DNA from: Sphagnum compactum
Lineage: Eukaryota
Assembly: GCA_965153455.1 (NCBI GenBank)
Contig: OZ234493.1
Span: 20,264,213 to 20,328,212, forward strand
Direction of reading: 5' to 3'
DNA: 64,000 nt
Every line of letters begins with the position of its first letter. The first letter of the stretch is position 1. The notes beneath the pieces were generated by a model. The model had not been told where the DNA came from. It saw only the letters and a list, made by a program, of their open reading frames with translations, and did no database searches. Of the stretch, positions 13,761 through 26,948 are shown piece after piece. A program made the position numbers and the translations under genes.

Positions 13761-16375
13761 CCTGGTCATGTATTTAGAAAACACTTTAATCAAATTTATG
13801 TTTCCTTATACCTTGTCGCCCTACCACGAAGGGGCAAAACGAAACACCATTAGGGTAACAAGAGGAACAAGTGCTAAGTTGCCACATTATACAATTCTTA
13901 CACTAATTTATCCAATGAAAAAAAAATGCCACTTATACATCACGTCATAGAGCGATGGGGATGCCGTTATACAATCAAGGACAACAAAAGGCTTAAATGA
14001 AAGGACCCGAGGACATCCAATGTTGAAATCTATGTCCAAGCTGCTGCAAGTAGGGTGGGAGTAAAGGAAGGTATTGAGCGGGGATGATCACAAGTGTTTA
14101 AATTAAATGAATTAAATGTTTAACAAGAACATTGATGACAAACTAACCTTTGATTAATAATTAGCGCCCATGGGTGGGGCACAAGACTTTAAGTGGAGGT
14201 TGAAGGCGTGTTGAAGAAATGGGGGTAGGTTAGGGGGTATGATCATGGCTAACTGTCAGGACCAATAGAGTGAGAAGGGAAAAATGTCCTAACTATGCAT
14301 GATCAAGGGGGTTTGGGAAAGTTTAAGGTTGGGACCCCACATTCACATGAAGGGTTGGGGGTTGGTAGGGGGAACTAATAGGTGATGTATGATTTGTTAG
14401 AGTTAGAAAGGTAATTAGTGGGCGCTTTGTGGTTTGCATGGGGGATGCGGTGGAGGATAGGTCAATGGTGGCACATGATAAGGCAAATGGGTGATGGGAA
14501 CTATGAGGTTCCATGAGAAGTGATGAGTTGGGGGACATGGGATGTTTGGTGCCCATGAGGTAGGAAGTTTATTATGAACATTAGCCCCACATTTTAAAGA
14601 CTATTTACTACTACAAGACAATCATAAACCTACAAAATTAATCACACAATATTAAGCGAAACGAAAGGAAAAAGATAGGAAACTTTCTAACGAGTTTTTT
14701 GCTAGGGCATTATGCCAAGGTCAAACCTTAATTTTAGTACAAGCCTAGGTGTCAGGATCACTAATCTACTAAATTCAACAAGACCTAAACACTCTAATAC
14801 CAAAATATTAAAGTGGGACCTATTTAAACAATTGCAGATAGGTCCCATGTTTTAAAAATTACTTATTCCAACATGGTAATTTTAAACCTATAAAGCCAAC
14901 CACATAAAATAAGATAGATCAAATGGAAAAAATAATAATGAACAGTCACAAACAAGCAAGTCCTATTTCAAAAGATAGCTAAACTTTAAATTTCCCATAA
15001 CCTTCAACATCATCATCTTTATTTTATTTTACTGGGTTTAACACAACCTATACACTTTAAAAATAACTATTGTGCAAGAATTACGAGCCCATAAACTTCT
15101 AATTTTTTATTTTTTGAACTATCCAACTAATGTAACACCCAATTTCAATAATAGGAAAACACCCTAGACTTAATATTTTGCTTTAAAAATTTTTGTTTTA
15201 AAAAAAAAAACATTTGTCAAAGGGAACCTTGTTTCTTGATTGGGGTGAGACGAGGAACAGTTGGGGATTGAGTGCGTATAGGGCTAGATAATGAAAGTAG
15301 GTTGAATGAATAAGATTATAAATTAGAAGTATAGGTTTAGGGGGAGGAAAAGGGTTAAATTTTTTTTTCCCTTTTCAAGTGAATTGTTTTTAAGGTGGGG
15401 TGAGGTGGGAGGATAGTGGACATATTCCCCACCTTTCATTTCCAAAGGGGGATGGGAAGGGTGTTTATGGGGGAATAGGGTTGAAAGTTTTTCCCCCTTT
15501 TCAAAGGCGTTTTTTTGGGTGGCATGGGGAGATGGAAGGTTTGAATGTTTTTAGAGGCGAGGCAAGGCCATACCTTTGAAAATATGCAAGATTATTGAGA
15601 AAATAAGCTTTAACTTTTGAAGAGGAAAAGAAAACTTTTAATTAGATATAGATTGTGTTCAAGCCAATTTGGGGCAATTTTGTAACACATGTTTTTTTTT
15701 TGTTTTTGCCACAAAAGAATAAAAGAATCGGTTTTCAACAACAATTGAAACCATGAGATAAAGAAAAACATTATAAAACATCTTATTCTAGAGCAAGTGG
15801 TGTTTTGGAATTGATTCAACAAGTTACAATATTGTAATATTTTGGTGGCTTCAAAACAAATTATATTATTTCTAGAAATGCTGAAATTTTCGAAAATATT
15901 TTTCTCAAAGAGAATTTTTTTGTGAAGGAAATGAAAATCTCTTGGAGTGTCCTCAAATATTTGTTTTGCAAAATGGAACATTAAAAATTTATGTATTTAA
16001 TAAACATAGATGAGTCCAAGTACATAAACTCGCAAAAGTTGACTAAACATATGTGCCAGAAACTATTTTTTAATTGAAGGACTTTATAACTTCTAACTGT
16101 CAACAATACCATCAATTTAAGGTTATAGAGTAAGTGGACAGAACAAATACTTAACCATGGTGGACAAAAGAAGCACAGGGCACAATTTAGGAAAAGAGCT
16201 CAAGATGAGTCCAACCTAAGGATTCAAACTTGCAAATGAGATTAAACATGAGTCGAAAAGTAACCTTTTTGAATGACGTACACTAATACAGTAAAACTTC
16301 TATGAGCAGCAAATCTATTTTGTATTCTAAAGGACATACATGGACATAACTTGTTTGATGTAACTTACTTAGCCA

Positions 16376-17260
16376 TTAAAACACAGGGCATCCTGTAATG
16401 TTAACACCCGGTTGAGTAGGGCAAGTGGCGTATGTGCACCCATCAACATTGTTACCCCACCAATTGAGGTTCTTATTTTCAAGTTGAAAGGTGACATATA
16501 CAAACACTCCCAAAAAGGCAACTCCTGCATCAAGCCCTCCTGATAAAATATAGTTGTAGCGTTGCCACCAGTTTTTCCTGTACCGATATATGAGGAAGTT
16601 GAAAATGAATGCCACAATGAACCATGAAGTGAAGTTCACTGCAGTCGCTGGTGGCATAATCCCAGTGGCGCCGATTAAAATTGGCATGTTAATTAATCGG
16701 AAAAGTTTCACCTTTGGGTAACATCTGTGGAGTATATATACAGGTACAGGAGCTAGAAGGCCACCAAGCCAAAACCAATTGATGGCAGAATATTCACCCA
16801 GCTTTCCAAAGATGCGCTTGGGACCCACAAGGCCCCAAATTACAGATGCATCAAAAAACACCCTATCATTCGGGCATGTCCATGGACTACTGGGAGGTAA
16901 TAGGTTGATGTCACAAATGTTCTCTACAGTTGTGAGTAGCCACCATGCCACTCCCACATTCACCACAGCTGCTACTATTGTCCCAATGATCTGTGAATCT
17001 CACACAACACCCATTTAGCTGCCTTTTGAAAATCACAAATTGGATGAGTTTGGGTTTCTTTGTATGGGTTACGAAAATGGGGAATAACCCAACAGAAAAT
17101 GTTTTAGTTTGCAAATGTTACAAAGTCAGAGAAGCCTTTTTAACTTGTCAAACTTTGGGTTCAAGATCCATTGAAGACAGAATGCTAGTTTAAACCTCTT
17201 AGATAAGTTGCATTGAAAGGAGGATCCTGAAATGATCTGAAAATGAACAGAAAAATTATA

Positions 17261-17296
<36 letters not shown>

Positions 17297-20200
17297 CATG
17301 TGATGGATAAAAGTCACAAAAAAATGGATGAAGAGATTAAGAAAAGCAAATAGACATGAAAGACATATTGAACATCAAGTTTGCTGCTCTATGCAGTCAA
17401 GAAAGAATAGACACAAAATATGAAATGATTGGGAACTGATAGGTGGTTGCAGACCTGAACAACGAACATAGAGCGAGGTGGAATTTTCATATAATGCCCA
17501 AGCTTGAAATCTTGCAAAAAACTCACTGCCTGTAACATACTATTATACCCAAAAACTTTGAAGCAAACATTTGCAATAGGCTTGCCAGGCAAAATGTAGC
17601 CCATAACATATTCTGTGATAACATTCAACCCTGGGATCTGTACAGTCACAGAGTACAAACATTGATGCTTCAGACTAAGATACAGATTTGCTCATTTTGA
17701 TAGGGGGTGCCATCAGTTCATGGATACCACAAGATTTCATCTATCCATGTTGGGAATAAGGATGATAGTGCTATTGGAGGCAAATTACTGCACATAGGGG
17801 CTGTTTGTAGCAGCTGGGTTAGCAAGGTCTCCACATCTCCAACTCTGGTATCACCAATTTAGGTGCTAATTACATGTAAAGATTGTAGAAAGCAGTGTAC
17901 CTGATTGGTGGTAGCAGCAATAACTCCAATGGGGAGGGTGAAAAAGCAAGCAAGAACACCGGCAAATAGCACCCCCCACCATGGTAACTGGAGCTGAGCC
18001 TTGTAACCTTCAACAGTTCCAATAGAAGCACCAATGCCCACAATTGTAAGGATGAGAAACCACCAAGTGGGAATATCTTTGTAGTGTCGCATTAACCGTG
18101 TGTGAACATCAACCTCATTGTTCTTAAATGATGCCCGAGTACGCAGCCATATTTCCCTGTCCATGCATTTACACCAATCATATCATTCTGTCTTCTTATT
18201 AATCTGCGTATGAAAAAGTAGTACATATTTGTACATGTTGATCTCGACCATGCATATTTCTGAATGGTTGTGCAATGCAAAAAATCACAGGATTTCCGCA
18301 ATGGACAATATAAAGATTGAAAATTTTGATATCTTCAACATGTCGAAGAGCATGTCCAATGGCAGCAGTAAATTGGCCTTTACACTACTGTTTAGATGAA
18401 GATTTTTTAAAAACACTGTGAACCTTCTTAGTAAAAATGACTGTTTCTCATTGGCCAACTACAATGACTGGCCCCGGTGGTGAGAGCTACAGAGTTTCTC
18501 ACTTTGTACAGTTCATCTTTTTAGGTTCAGGGGTGGGGATGTGGGAGAAACTAAACGGTGCACAGTGGGTGTGCCAAATACTGATAGAGGGCTGCCCCCC
18601 AGCCATGCTCTAAGGGGATCTCCACCAATGTCCCCTATTTGGGCCTCATATCCACCATAGAGTCTTAATTTTTTCCCCATACCCACCCATGACATGAAAA
18701 ATTGGACTATACGAAGTGAGAGACTATTAAAATTCCATCACCTGGGCCATCACCCCAGCCAATTTTATAGTTGACCAATCAAAAACAATCATTTTCTTTC
18801 ACTTGGCCTTTTACAGTCACTGAATCCATCCTCTGCATATTTCAAAGTCCAGACATTCAAACTTGATTTTACATTGATTATTTGAAGGCTCTATTTCATT
18901 CAAAGTATTGTGCACAGACCATTTCACGGTTGCCCATGAAGATGCTCTAATAGTTACTCCAGGGAGATAGAGAGGAGCTTACTTACTTTCCGTAAAACAG
19001 GGCAACATGCGAGACAGTGGCAGCAAGGCCAGTAAAACCAAATCCATATGTCATGGCAAAGAAGGTTGATAAATGAATGTTGCCAACTTCTTCATAGGCA
19101 GTCAAGTTTAACTCAAAATTGGAGTCGACTACAGTTGTGATGTCATAGTATTGACCTTTGGGTTGGAACAGTCCGCTCGAAAATATGGGGAATGTTTTTG
19201 CATTATAAACATTTGAGCCAATAAGTAGCGGGTATCACAATATACATCACAATCATAAAGCCCACTATGATGTTCACAGAAGCAAAAAATGGAGATACCA
19301 GTGGGCTGCCGAGATAAGTTGCTATGCCTGCCCAATCAAGGCTGAGAGCCCCAATACCCAGCCCACTCAGCCCGGAGCCAACTTGATGGGCAGTTACGGA
19401 ATTAGGCCATGCCCAACATACCCATGAGAAGTATGTCAGCATCATGAACATGTAGGCAGGGAAAATATAGTAAGAGAAGCTCAAAACCAATACTAAAACA
19501 AAAAACTGGATCCGCTTCAACCCCTTTCCAGTCTCGGGCTCATGGAATGTCCTGATGTGGAAACAAGGATTGCCACCATTAGTTTAGCTTCAGAGGAAAA
19601 TAGTGAAATTATTTACTACTTGAACAACGAAGGACAAAAATTAGCCCAAAGAATCTCAAATTGTGAGATCAGATGGCACCTATTCCATAATAGTGGAAGC
19701 AGATTTACACCTACTTATTTAGACATAAGATCCCTCTCACAATCGAGGAGTAGGCATAAGATCCGTCAAAGAGAGATTTAAGCATATAAGGTGCCCTCCA
19801 AATACGCTAGGCAACTTCTCTGAGTACTTCACAAGGCAGAACCATTCTGCGATGAGAAGCTTCAAATTACTACCTAACCATGTTACATGGTATTCCAGGT
19901 ATGACACTGTAATATTGCTCCTTCCCTTGTTGAGTTTCTTTCTTGTTCTTCTAAGCTTGCCATGGATAGGTCCTCAAACAATTACTTTCCAAGTAAGAGT
20001 CTGGCAACTTCCGGTCTGTCTAATATGCTGAAGTGATTTTAAGCTTGCAATTTTGCAAAGTTCCAAAAAAATCAATGTTGATTACAACAGGCATTAGTCA
20101 CATTGAGTACCTAATGTCATACAACCAAAAATCTTATTAACGAGCTAAACATGGTTAGTCTTTGATAAGCATTATGCAAAGGTGGTTTACTACAGAGTGC

Positions 20201-21528
20201 ATAAAGCAATACTTAGGAAAAGCACAAGGAATGTACCTCAAGATTGAAATTTGCACAAGATTCGAGGGCCACCACATGTGTGCAGGGTCCACCAAATATT
20301 TCCTCATGAATCCCGCCCAACCATAACCCAATACCTGACATCATAAACAGTCAGGACTTTGGATATCTTGCTATGTTTTCCTCTTCTTCCAGAGACAAGT
20401 ATTTTGTCAGTGTATGCAAGCAAAACTTGCAACCCAAAATGCCAAACTGCAGCAGCACCCAAACCAGCACACATAAAACTCAACCTAGGGGGAAATGTTG
20501 GGAACTTTGTCCCTGCAAAAACCCCTGGTGAAAGTTCACCTAGTGGATATCTACTAGATAGGGGTATAGGCTACTGGCCTACGGTAATAAGCTAAAGAGC
20601 CAGCCAAAGTTTGCTTGATGACCCATAGACATGAGAGGTGGAATGACCATTCCTAAAGAACCCGCCTGAATTTCTTTATCAAAGCAAGAGACTTAAGACA
20701 GACATGAGAGGTGCCAATAATTACCTAGTTTTTGCAAATGATTTGCATTAAGGGGGGAAAAAGAAATCCCTTTTGATGACAAATTTGGTAGTTATGTTTT
20801 ACAAAAGAATTGGGGAAACTTTGGAAATTTTGTGTCTTTTTTAGTATAAATTCAAGTAATTTTGCTAATCATTGGAAAAGTTTGCCAAATAGTTGATATC
20901 ACAAAATTGAAAAGAAATAGAAACCCTGATCTGGAAGCAACGAAAGAGAAAAATAATAAATAATAAAAATACCTACCTGGGTGGTAATAACAACCATAAG
21001 GCCTGCAAAAAACCCAATCTTGCGCTTATAGAAGGCTTTGGTGATGGTAATAATCCCCATAGCATAAGCATCACCGTTCCCAAAGGCACTACCCGCGTTC
21101 GCGAAGATGGTGATGAGAACATGTTCTTTCCTATTGAACGGGCCCGGGTTCAACGAGAACTCCCACTTGGTGAACGGCAACCGGACCGGTCTCGTGGGCA
21201 GAGTAGCGGCCATGAACTTGCCGAGCGGCAGAGACGCGACTTGTGCAGCAATGAACAGCGGCGCCGAACGCAATTCGAAGAATTGGTTGGAGAAAGACAA
21301 GAGAATGCACACAAACAATCCTACAGTCCACATTCGGAAGGTCCAGACTGGTAGAGTTGGGTCGTCTGTGGTGGGTACTGTTAACCGAACTTGCTCCACT
21401 GGGGACTCGTCCTCGTTGCCTCCTCTTCCCATTTCCAGATTCCTGATGGCATCTCTTCCATCTCCCGTATTCAGTACTAGCACCGGATCCCCACCCTTCT
21501 CGCTGTACTCATCGCCTTCTGAACCCAT
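16376..21528 (-). pseudogene. OPT4: OPT4-like oligopeptide transporter, copy 1, frameshifted in exon 3 (pseudogene or base-call error)
   Basis: Exons 21528-20977, 20334-20237, 19551-18987, 18156-17901, 17637-17455, 16990-16376, all with GT-AG introns. NPGPFNxKEH and KIPPR motifs present. Exon 3 is 565 nt vs 564 nt in copy 2; an extra A at 19212-19214 gives YWLKCL* (TAA 19203-19205). Exon 1 lacks 9 nt in frame. Confidence 0.88.
18414..18818. mobile_element. MITE-like element in OPT intron 3 (also at 56466-56870)
   Basis: Imperfect ~60-bp terminal inverted repeats (actgt...aaaatgaytgtttytsattggycaactayaa) with CACTG-like terminus; present in both copies. No clear TSD. Confidence 0.5.
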
Positions 21529-23034
21529 ATTGCTGTTTGCCAAAGAAAAAACTCTGATCCTTAAGCTTGAGTAGATGACGACCACTGCTTTGCCTAATTA
21601 GCAAGTTGCAAGAGCTGGTCCTGAGTCTCGATAGCTTCTTCTGATGAGCAGCTGGTCATCCACTTCTGCTGCCTACCCAAAAGCTGAACTCAATCTTATC
21701 TCACCTTTGACTAGATTACTAGTCCATCAGAAGCTTTCACCAAGTTTCGGTCTGTCTGCAACACCCACACACCCAAAATATCAGTCCTGCTTGAGGTCGG
21801 AGATCATGCTTATATCACCACTACTAGCTCCTCAGAAAGCACAAAATGTCACTGTTTTGAACCCACAATTTCTCTTGGGTTTTTCTTCTGCTATACACAC
21901 TAGCTGGTATAGCTGGTGAGCTGGTACTTCCTCAGGTCTGAATGAAGGTGGTGCTTAGTTTCAAACCACAAGAAGAGTTGAAGCTCGGAAGAAAGAAGAC
22001 TTCTTTTTTCTTTCCTTTTTGGGTCTCCTTAATTTTCTTCTGGAACTACGAGAAAGGGACTCTGACATGAGACTCAGATCTCCCACACTAGACTGTACCA
22101 TAGCACTAGTGTTAGTTTGTTTATTATTGTATATAACCATGATCTGCCAAAATTTTCAGAATTAAAAAACCAAGTGCCGAAGTTAAGATTTAAAATTTAA
22201 TTAATTATTCGACAGTCTGTTGCCAATATGATAACGGTACCATAGTATTTCCCAGTTAGAGATGTGAATAAATTTCCAATCATCCATAGCCATTTGAGAT
22301 GTGCTGTAACAAGGGGGGAAAAAAGCTCTCCTCTCCATTAGCTAATGAACTTGTGAACAGGCATTGCATTTTGCAAAATGCCCTTGCATGGTGTGGGCTA
22401 GAACAACTGCCCTCCCGACCCCCCTACATCTTATGACAAAAAATTATAAGATATAATTTCAAGTCATACGAGCAAAGAGGGCTCACCATCGTGGTGCACC
22501 TTGTTTATTAGGTTGGGCAATGCGCTTGCAGCAAAGCATTACACCCCAGACCTCACGCTCTGCTCTTGGTTCATGCTAAGGCATTAATCCTACACTCTTT
22601 TCCTAATTTGTGAAACAAGTTTGATGCAGGGTTTTTTTTCTTCAATTTGGTGAGTACCTGAAATGGCAATCATTTTAACCACATTTGGCTACATACTAGA
22701 TATGAAAGTAGGAAAAAGAAGGGGAGGATCCTTCTATATTCTTGGCTACCTACTGGAACTTATCATAAAATCTGACAATTTGAAAAAAAAAAATCTTTGA
22801 AATCTGGCAAATTTGGGCCATTTTTTCCATGGGAAAACCCTTGGTATAGGTTGAAATCATATTTTTTAGGTTGAAATTTGGTGAAATTTCGCCCCCACCC
22901 CCCCTTGGCAATAACCAAAGCCTCACCTGAGCAAGTGGCAAGAACCGTAGGTACCATCTTCATGTGGAGGTAAGGTGAGAGTTGTATGCATGACTGTAAC
23001 ATCAGTGCTTGCCTTTATTCAGACTTCAGTTCTA

Positions 23035-24193
23035 CTAGTGTGAACCCGGTGCATAATGCACCCGTCGAGCTCCCCCCTGCCCGGTCCTTCCCATTGCCCA
23101 CTCCGGTTCTTTACCTCGTCGACCCCCCCCCGTCCTTCGCATTTTCCACTCCGATTCTTTAACCCGTTGATCCCCCCCCCGTTCCCCTGTTATATCTTAT
23201 ATATAAATTCACTACGTTTGTCTGTGACAGAGGTTTTGGGGGGTGGGGGAGGGAGAGGTCGGTGAAGCAGCGGGTGACAGGTGACGGGGCGAGGGGGGGG
23301 GCCAGCATTTAATGCGCAAGGTTCGAAACTAATTATAATAGCTGTACAGGTAGGAGTAGTGAAAACATGTGAAGCAGCAGTGGAGGCGCTCAGGAAAAAG
23401 GAGAATCAGGGTGAAACTCAGTTTATCACAAGAATTGATGGTTTTCTGAGGTTCCCCACCCCACCCCCCACACCCCCCCTTTTCTTGAATGACCCCCTTT
23501 TCTTGAATGAATGGTAATGTGCTGTTTTGCAGGTTTTTCTTTAATCTCATCCTGTTTATGACCAAACGTAGGGTTTTGGTGCTATGTTTTTCCTTACATT
23601 ACAGATAACTCTATAGTTTCAAATTATTTTAACTGTTTATTAATTTAGTTTTGGGTCTTGAATTATCTATATCAATTACAAACACGAGCAAAAGCCAAGA
23701 TGAATAAAAACCTGTCTAAAACATAATAGTATAAGAATTACCTTTTTCAAGATGTGGGGTGTGTAAAAAAGTGGGGCATTTTATTTTTTTTGTAGGCCAA
23801 TCATTTCAACCTAAGGTCTTTAATTTTGGTTGCACGGGGGGGGCCAGCACGGGCGGGGGGGGGGGGGGGCCAGCACGGGGCCGGAAGTTAATTATATATA
23901 ACAGGGGAATGGGGGGGGGATCAACGGGTTGAAGAATCGGAGTGGAAAATGTGAAAGAGGGGGGGGGGGGTCGACAGGGTAAAGAACCGGAGTGGGCAAT
24001 GGGAAAGACCGGGCGGGGGGGAGTTCGACGGGTGCATTATGCACCGGGTTCACACTAGTATAATTAACTTCTCGCCCCGTGCTGGCCCCCCCCGCCCCGT
24101 CACTTGTTACCCGTTGCTTCACCGGCCTCTCCCTCCCCCACCCCCCAAAACCCCCGTCACAAACAGACGGACTGTCTGAATTAATATATATGA
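23035..24193 (-). mobile_element. Short non-autonomous Helitron (outer host copy)
   Basis: Minus strand: A|TCATATATATTAATTC 5' end at 24193. 3' end has hairpin GGTGCA-TTA-TGCACC then GGGTTCACACTAG|T at 23035. About 295 bp once the inner element is removed. Confidence 0.8.
23195..24058 (+). mobile_element. Non-autonomous Helitron nested in an opposite-strand copy of the same family
   Basis: A|TCTTATATATAAATTCAC at 23195; hairpin plus CACACTAG|T at 24058; no TSD. Removing it restores GTTATA^TATAATTAAC as in the uninterrupted copy at ~29460. Confidence 0.88.
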
Positions 24194-24197
24194 TATA

Positions 24198-26261
24198 ATC
24201 TCAGTATGAAATGCTGAAACTCAGTACGAAATGCTGAGCATTTAATGCACAAGGTTCGAGGGGAATCATAGTAGCTGTGCCGGTAGGAGCAGTGAAAATG
24301 TAAGTAGCAGCAGTGGAGGCGCTCAGGAAGAAAAGAAAGACAGGATGTGGTTGCTCTTCTTCTTCTTCTTCTTCTACATTAACACTAAAGGGGGGGGGGG
24401 TTGACCAAGCCCTGTCACCCGTTGCTTCATCGGCCTCTCCCTCCCCCACCCCCCAAAACCTCCGTCACAGACAAACTTAGTGAATTTATATATAAGATCC
24501 TCTCGCACCAGCAAAAACACAAATTTCCCAAGTTTTTCCTCAATTTTTGTCTAGCAAAATAGTGAAAATTCACTACACAAAAACTCACCACTTTGCTCAT
24601 ATACTTGCTAACATTCACCAAAACTGCATTGGATCTATTCAAAGATCAAATTTTTATACCCTTACCAGGGCAGGTATAATCCAGGTTGAAGGCTGAGGAT
24701 AGTGAAATGTTTGCTGCAGCTGCAAAGGTTGGAGGGAAAGGGTTGAATCCGAGATACTGATGGAGCTTTACCTCAAATTCATCCACCTTAATCCTCAATT
24801 GTTACTTTTTTTTTCTTTTCATCTATTTTATCTTCTTCTCTCCACTCCTCAAACCATGCCCCCCTTCCTGATGTCTAATTAGACACTAACTCTGGCCTTA
24901 GTGACAACATGTGAAGGCAAGAGACTTAATAGTGTACTTCAGACAGATTCAAATTAGATTTTCAAGCAGATTCCACAATAGAGATATCTGTAAAGTCACC
25001 CTGTCTTCACCCTGTTTTTGGACCTCCTTTCACCCCCTAACCCCTCTTTTAGTGGTATTCGCAAAGTAAGGAAATTTTATAAAATCTCAATATGAAATGC
25101 TGAAACTCAGTACGAAATGCTGAGCATTTAATGCACAAGGTTCGAGGGGAATCATAGTAGTTGTGCCGATAGGAGTAGTGAAAATGTAAGTAGTAGCAGT
25201 GGAGGCGCTCAGGAAGAAAAGAAAGACAGGGTGTGGTTGCTCTTCTTCTTCTTCTTCTACATTAACACTCAAGGGGGGGGGGGTGACCAAGCCCTGTCAC
25301 CCGCTGCTTCACCGGCCTCTCCCTCCCCCACCCCCCAAAACCTCCGTCACAGACAAACTTAGTGAATTTATATATAAGATCCTCTCGCACCAGCAAAAAC
25401 ACAAATTTCCCAAGTTTTTCCTCAATTTTTGTCTAGCAAAATAGTGAAAATTCACTACACAAAAACTCACCACTTTGCTCATATACTTGCTAACATTCAC
25501 CAAAACTGCATTGGATCTATTCAAAGATCAAATTTTTATACCCTTACCAGGGCAGGTATAATCCAGGTTGAAGGCTGAGGATAGTGAAATGTTTGCTGCA
25601 GCTGCAAAGGTTGGAGGGAAAGGGTTGAATCCGAGATACTGATGGAGCTTTACCTCAAATTCATCCACCTTAATCCTCAATTGTTACTTTTTTTTTCTTT
25701 TCATCTATTTTATCTTCTTCTCTCCACTCCTCAAACCATGCCCCCCTTCCTGATGTCTAATTAGACACTAACTCTGGCCTTAGTGACAACATGTGAAGGC
25801 AAGAGACTTAATAGTGTACTTCAGACAGATTCAAATTAGATTTTCAAGCAGATTCCACAATAGAGATATCTGTAAAGTCACCCTGTCTTCACCCTGTTTT
25901 TGGACCTCCTTTCACCCCCTAACCCCTCTTTTAGTGGTATTCGCAAAGTAAGGAAATTTTATAAAATCTCAATATGAAATGCTGAAACTCAGTACGAAAT
26001 GCTGAGCATTTAATGCACAAGGTTCGAGGGGAATCATAGTAGTTGTGCCGATAGGAGTAGTGAAAATGTAAGTAGTAGCAGTGGAGGCGCTCAGGAAGAA
26101 AAGAAAGACAGGGTGTGGTTGCTCTTCTTCTTCTTCTTCTACATTAACACTCAAGGGGGGGGGGGTGACCAAGCCCTGTCACCCGCTGCTTCACCGGCCT
26201 CTCCCTCCCCCACCCCCCAAAACTTCCGTCACAGACAGACTTAGTGAATTTTTATATTAGA
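24198..26261 (-). repeat. Tandem array of ~2.3 x 882-bp Helitron-derived units
   Basis: Period 882 (ORFs 24427/25309 and 25087/25969). Helitron 5' ends A|TC(T/A)... on the minus strand at 24497, 25379 and 26261. Confidence 0.92.
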
Positions 26262-26899
26262 TTTGTGTATAACTCATTTGTGTCCATATTCAGCAGTTGT
26301 CCATTGTGTAGTTGACACAATTGTAGATCAACAGCTGTACATTTAAACTGTACTTTGCAGGAATTTTTTTCTTTTGGTTAGATTGAATATCAATAGACAA
26401 GAAATGGTGTTTCAGAGGTGCTTATTGACAATGCCAAGGGCAGAGCTCAAGTTGTGCTTCCAGTTTTCCTGATCGCTGTAACATTCTTCTAGCCATTGTG
26501 GCAAATGGTGCAGAGTGTTTAGGTAGAATTTAATGGATGTAGGTTTTTGTTGTCACGATGAACTTTTATACTGAAAGCTTGTTGTCACATTAGGATCTGC
26601 AAGAGGACAACAATTGTACTTTATTTGTCAACATTGTTTGCAAAAATGGTGATGCTCTGACATTTTATGTTATGCCCACACTCGCCATGAAAGTGTTACC
26701 TTCAAAGTGTCAATGTCGAGATTTCTCTGCAATCTCAATAATATAGGTGGAGCACCATGAATGAAACTTGCATTCATAATCCAAGATGGGGAGACGTTTG
26801 CTTGAGGGTTTTCAACAACTCTTTCACACAGAAGAAGTCCTCTCCTTTGTACTTCCACTTCCTCTCCTGATTGGTGCCTTTTATTAGTAACTTTTGGCA

Positions 26900-26948
26900 C
26901 GGGCAGGGGGGAGCTCGACGGGTGCATTATGCACCGGGTTCACACTAG
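26900..26948 (+). mobile_element. Isolated Helitron 3' terminus
   Basis: CGGGCAGGGGGGAGCTCGACGGGTGCATTATGCACCGGGTTCACACTAG|T; the same hairpin plus CTAG as at 24058 and 23035. Confidence 0.8.

Larger units (their letters stand above)
5739..22085 (-). repeat. Left arm of large inverted segmental duplication
   Basis: 5739-10486 matches the reverse complement of 59281-64000, and ~16010-22085 matches 53172-~59245. Mirrored ORFs include 9910-10101/59665-59856 and 18513-18695/56589-56771. Confidence 0.95.

Noticed and set aside
18513-18695. 60-aa ORF in intron 3, near-identical at 56589-56771
   Set aside because: Lies in a MITE-like insert in a highly similar part of the arms; no splice evidence, and the OPT frame is complete without it.
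21107-21919. Antisense ORFs conserved in both OPT copies (also 53338-54150)
   Set aside because: Shadow frames; conservation is explained by the recent duplication.
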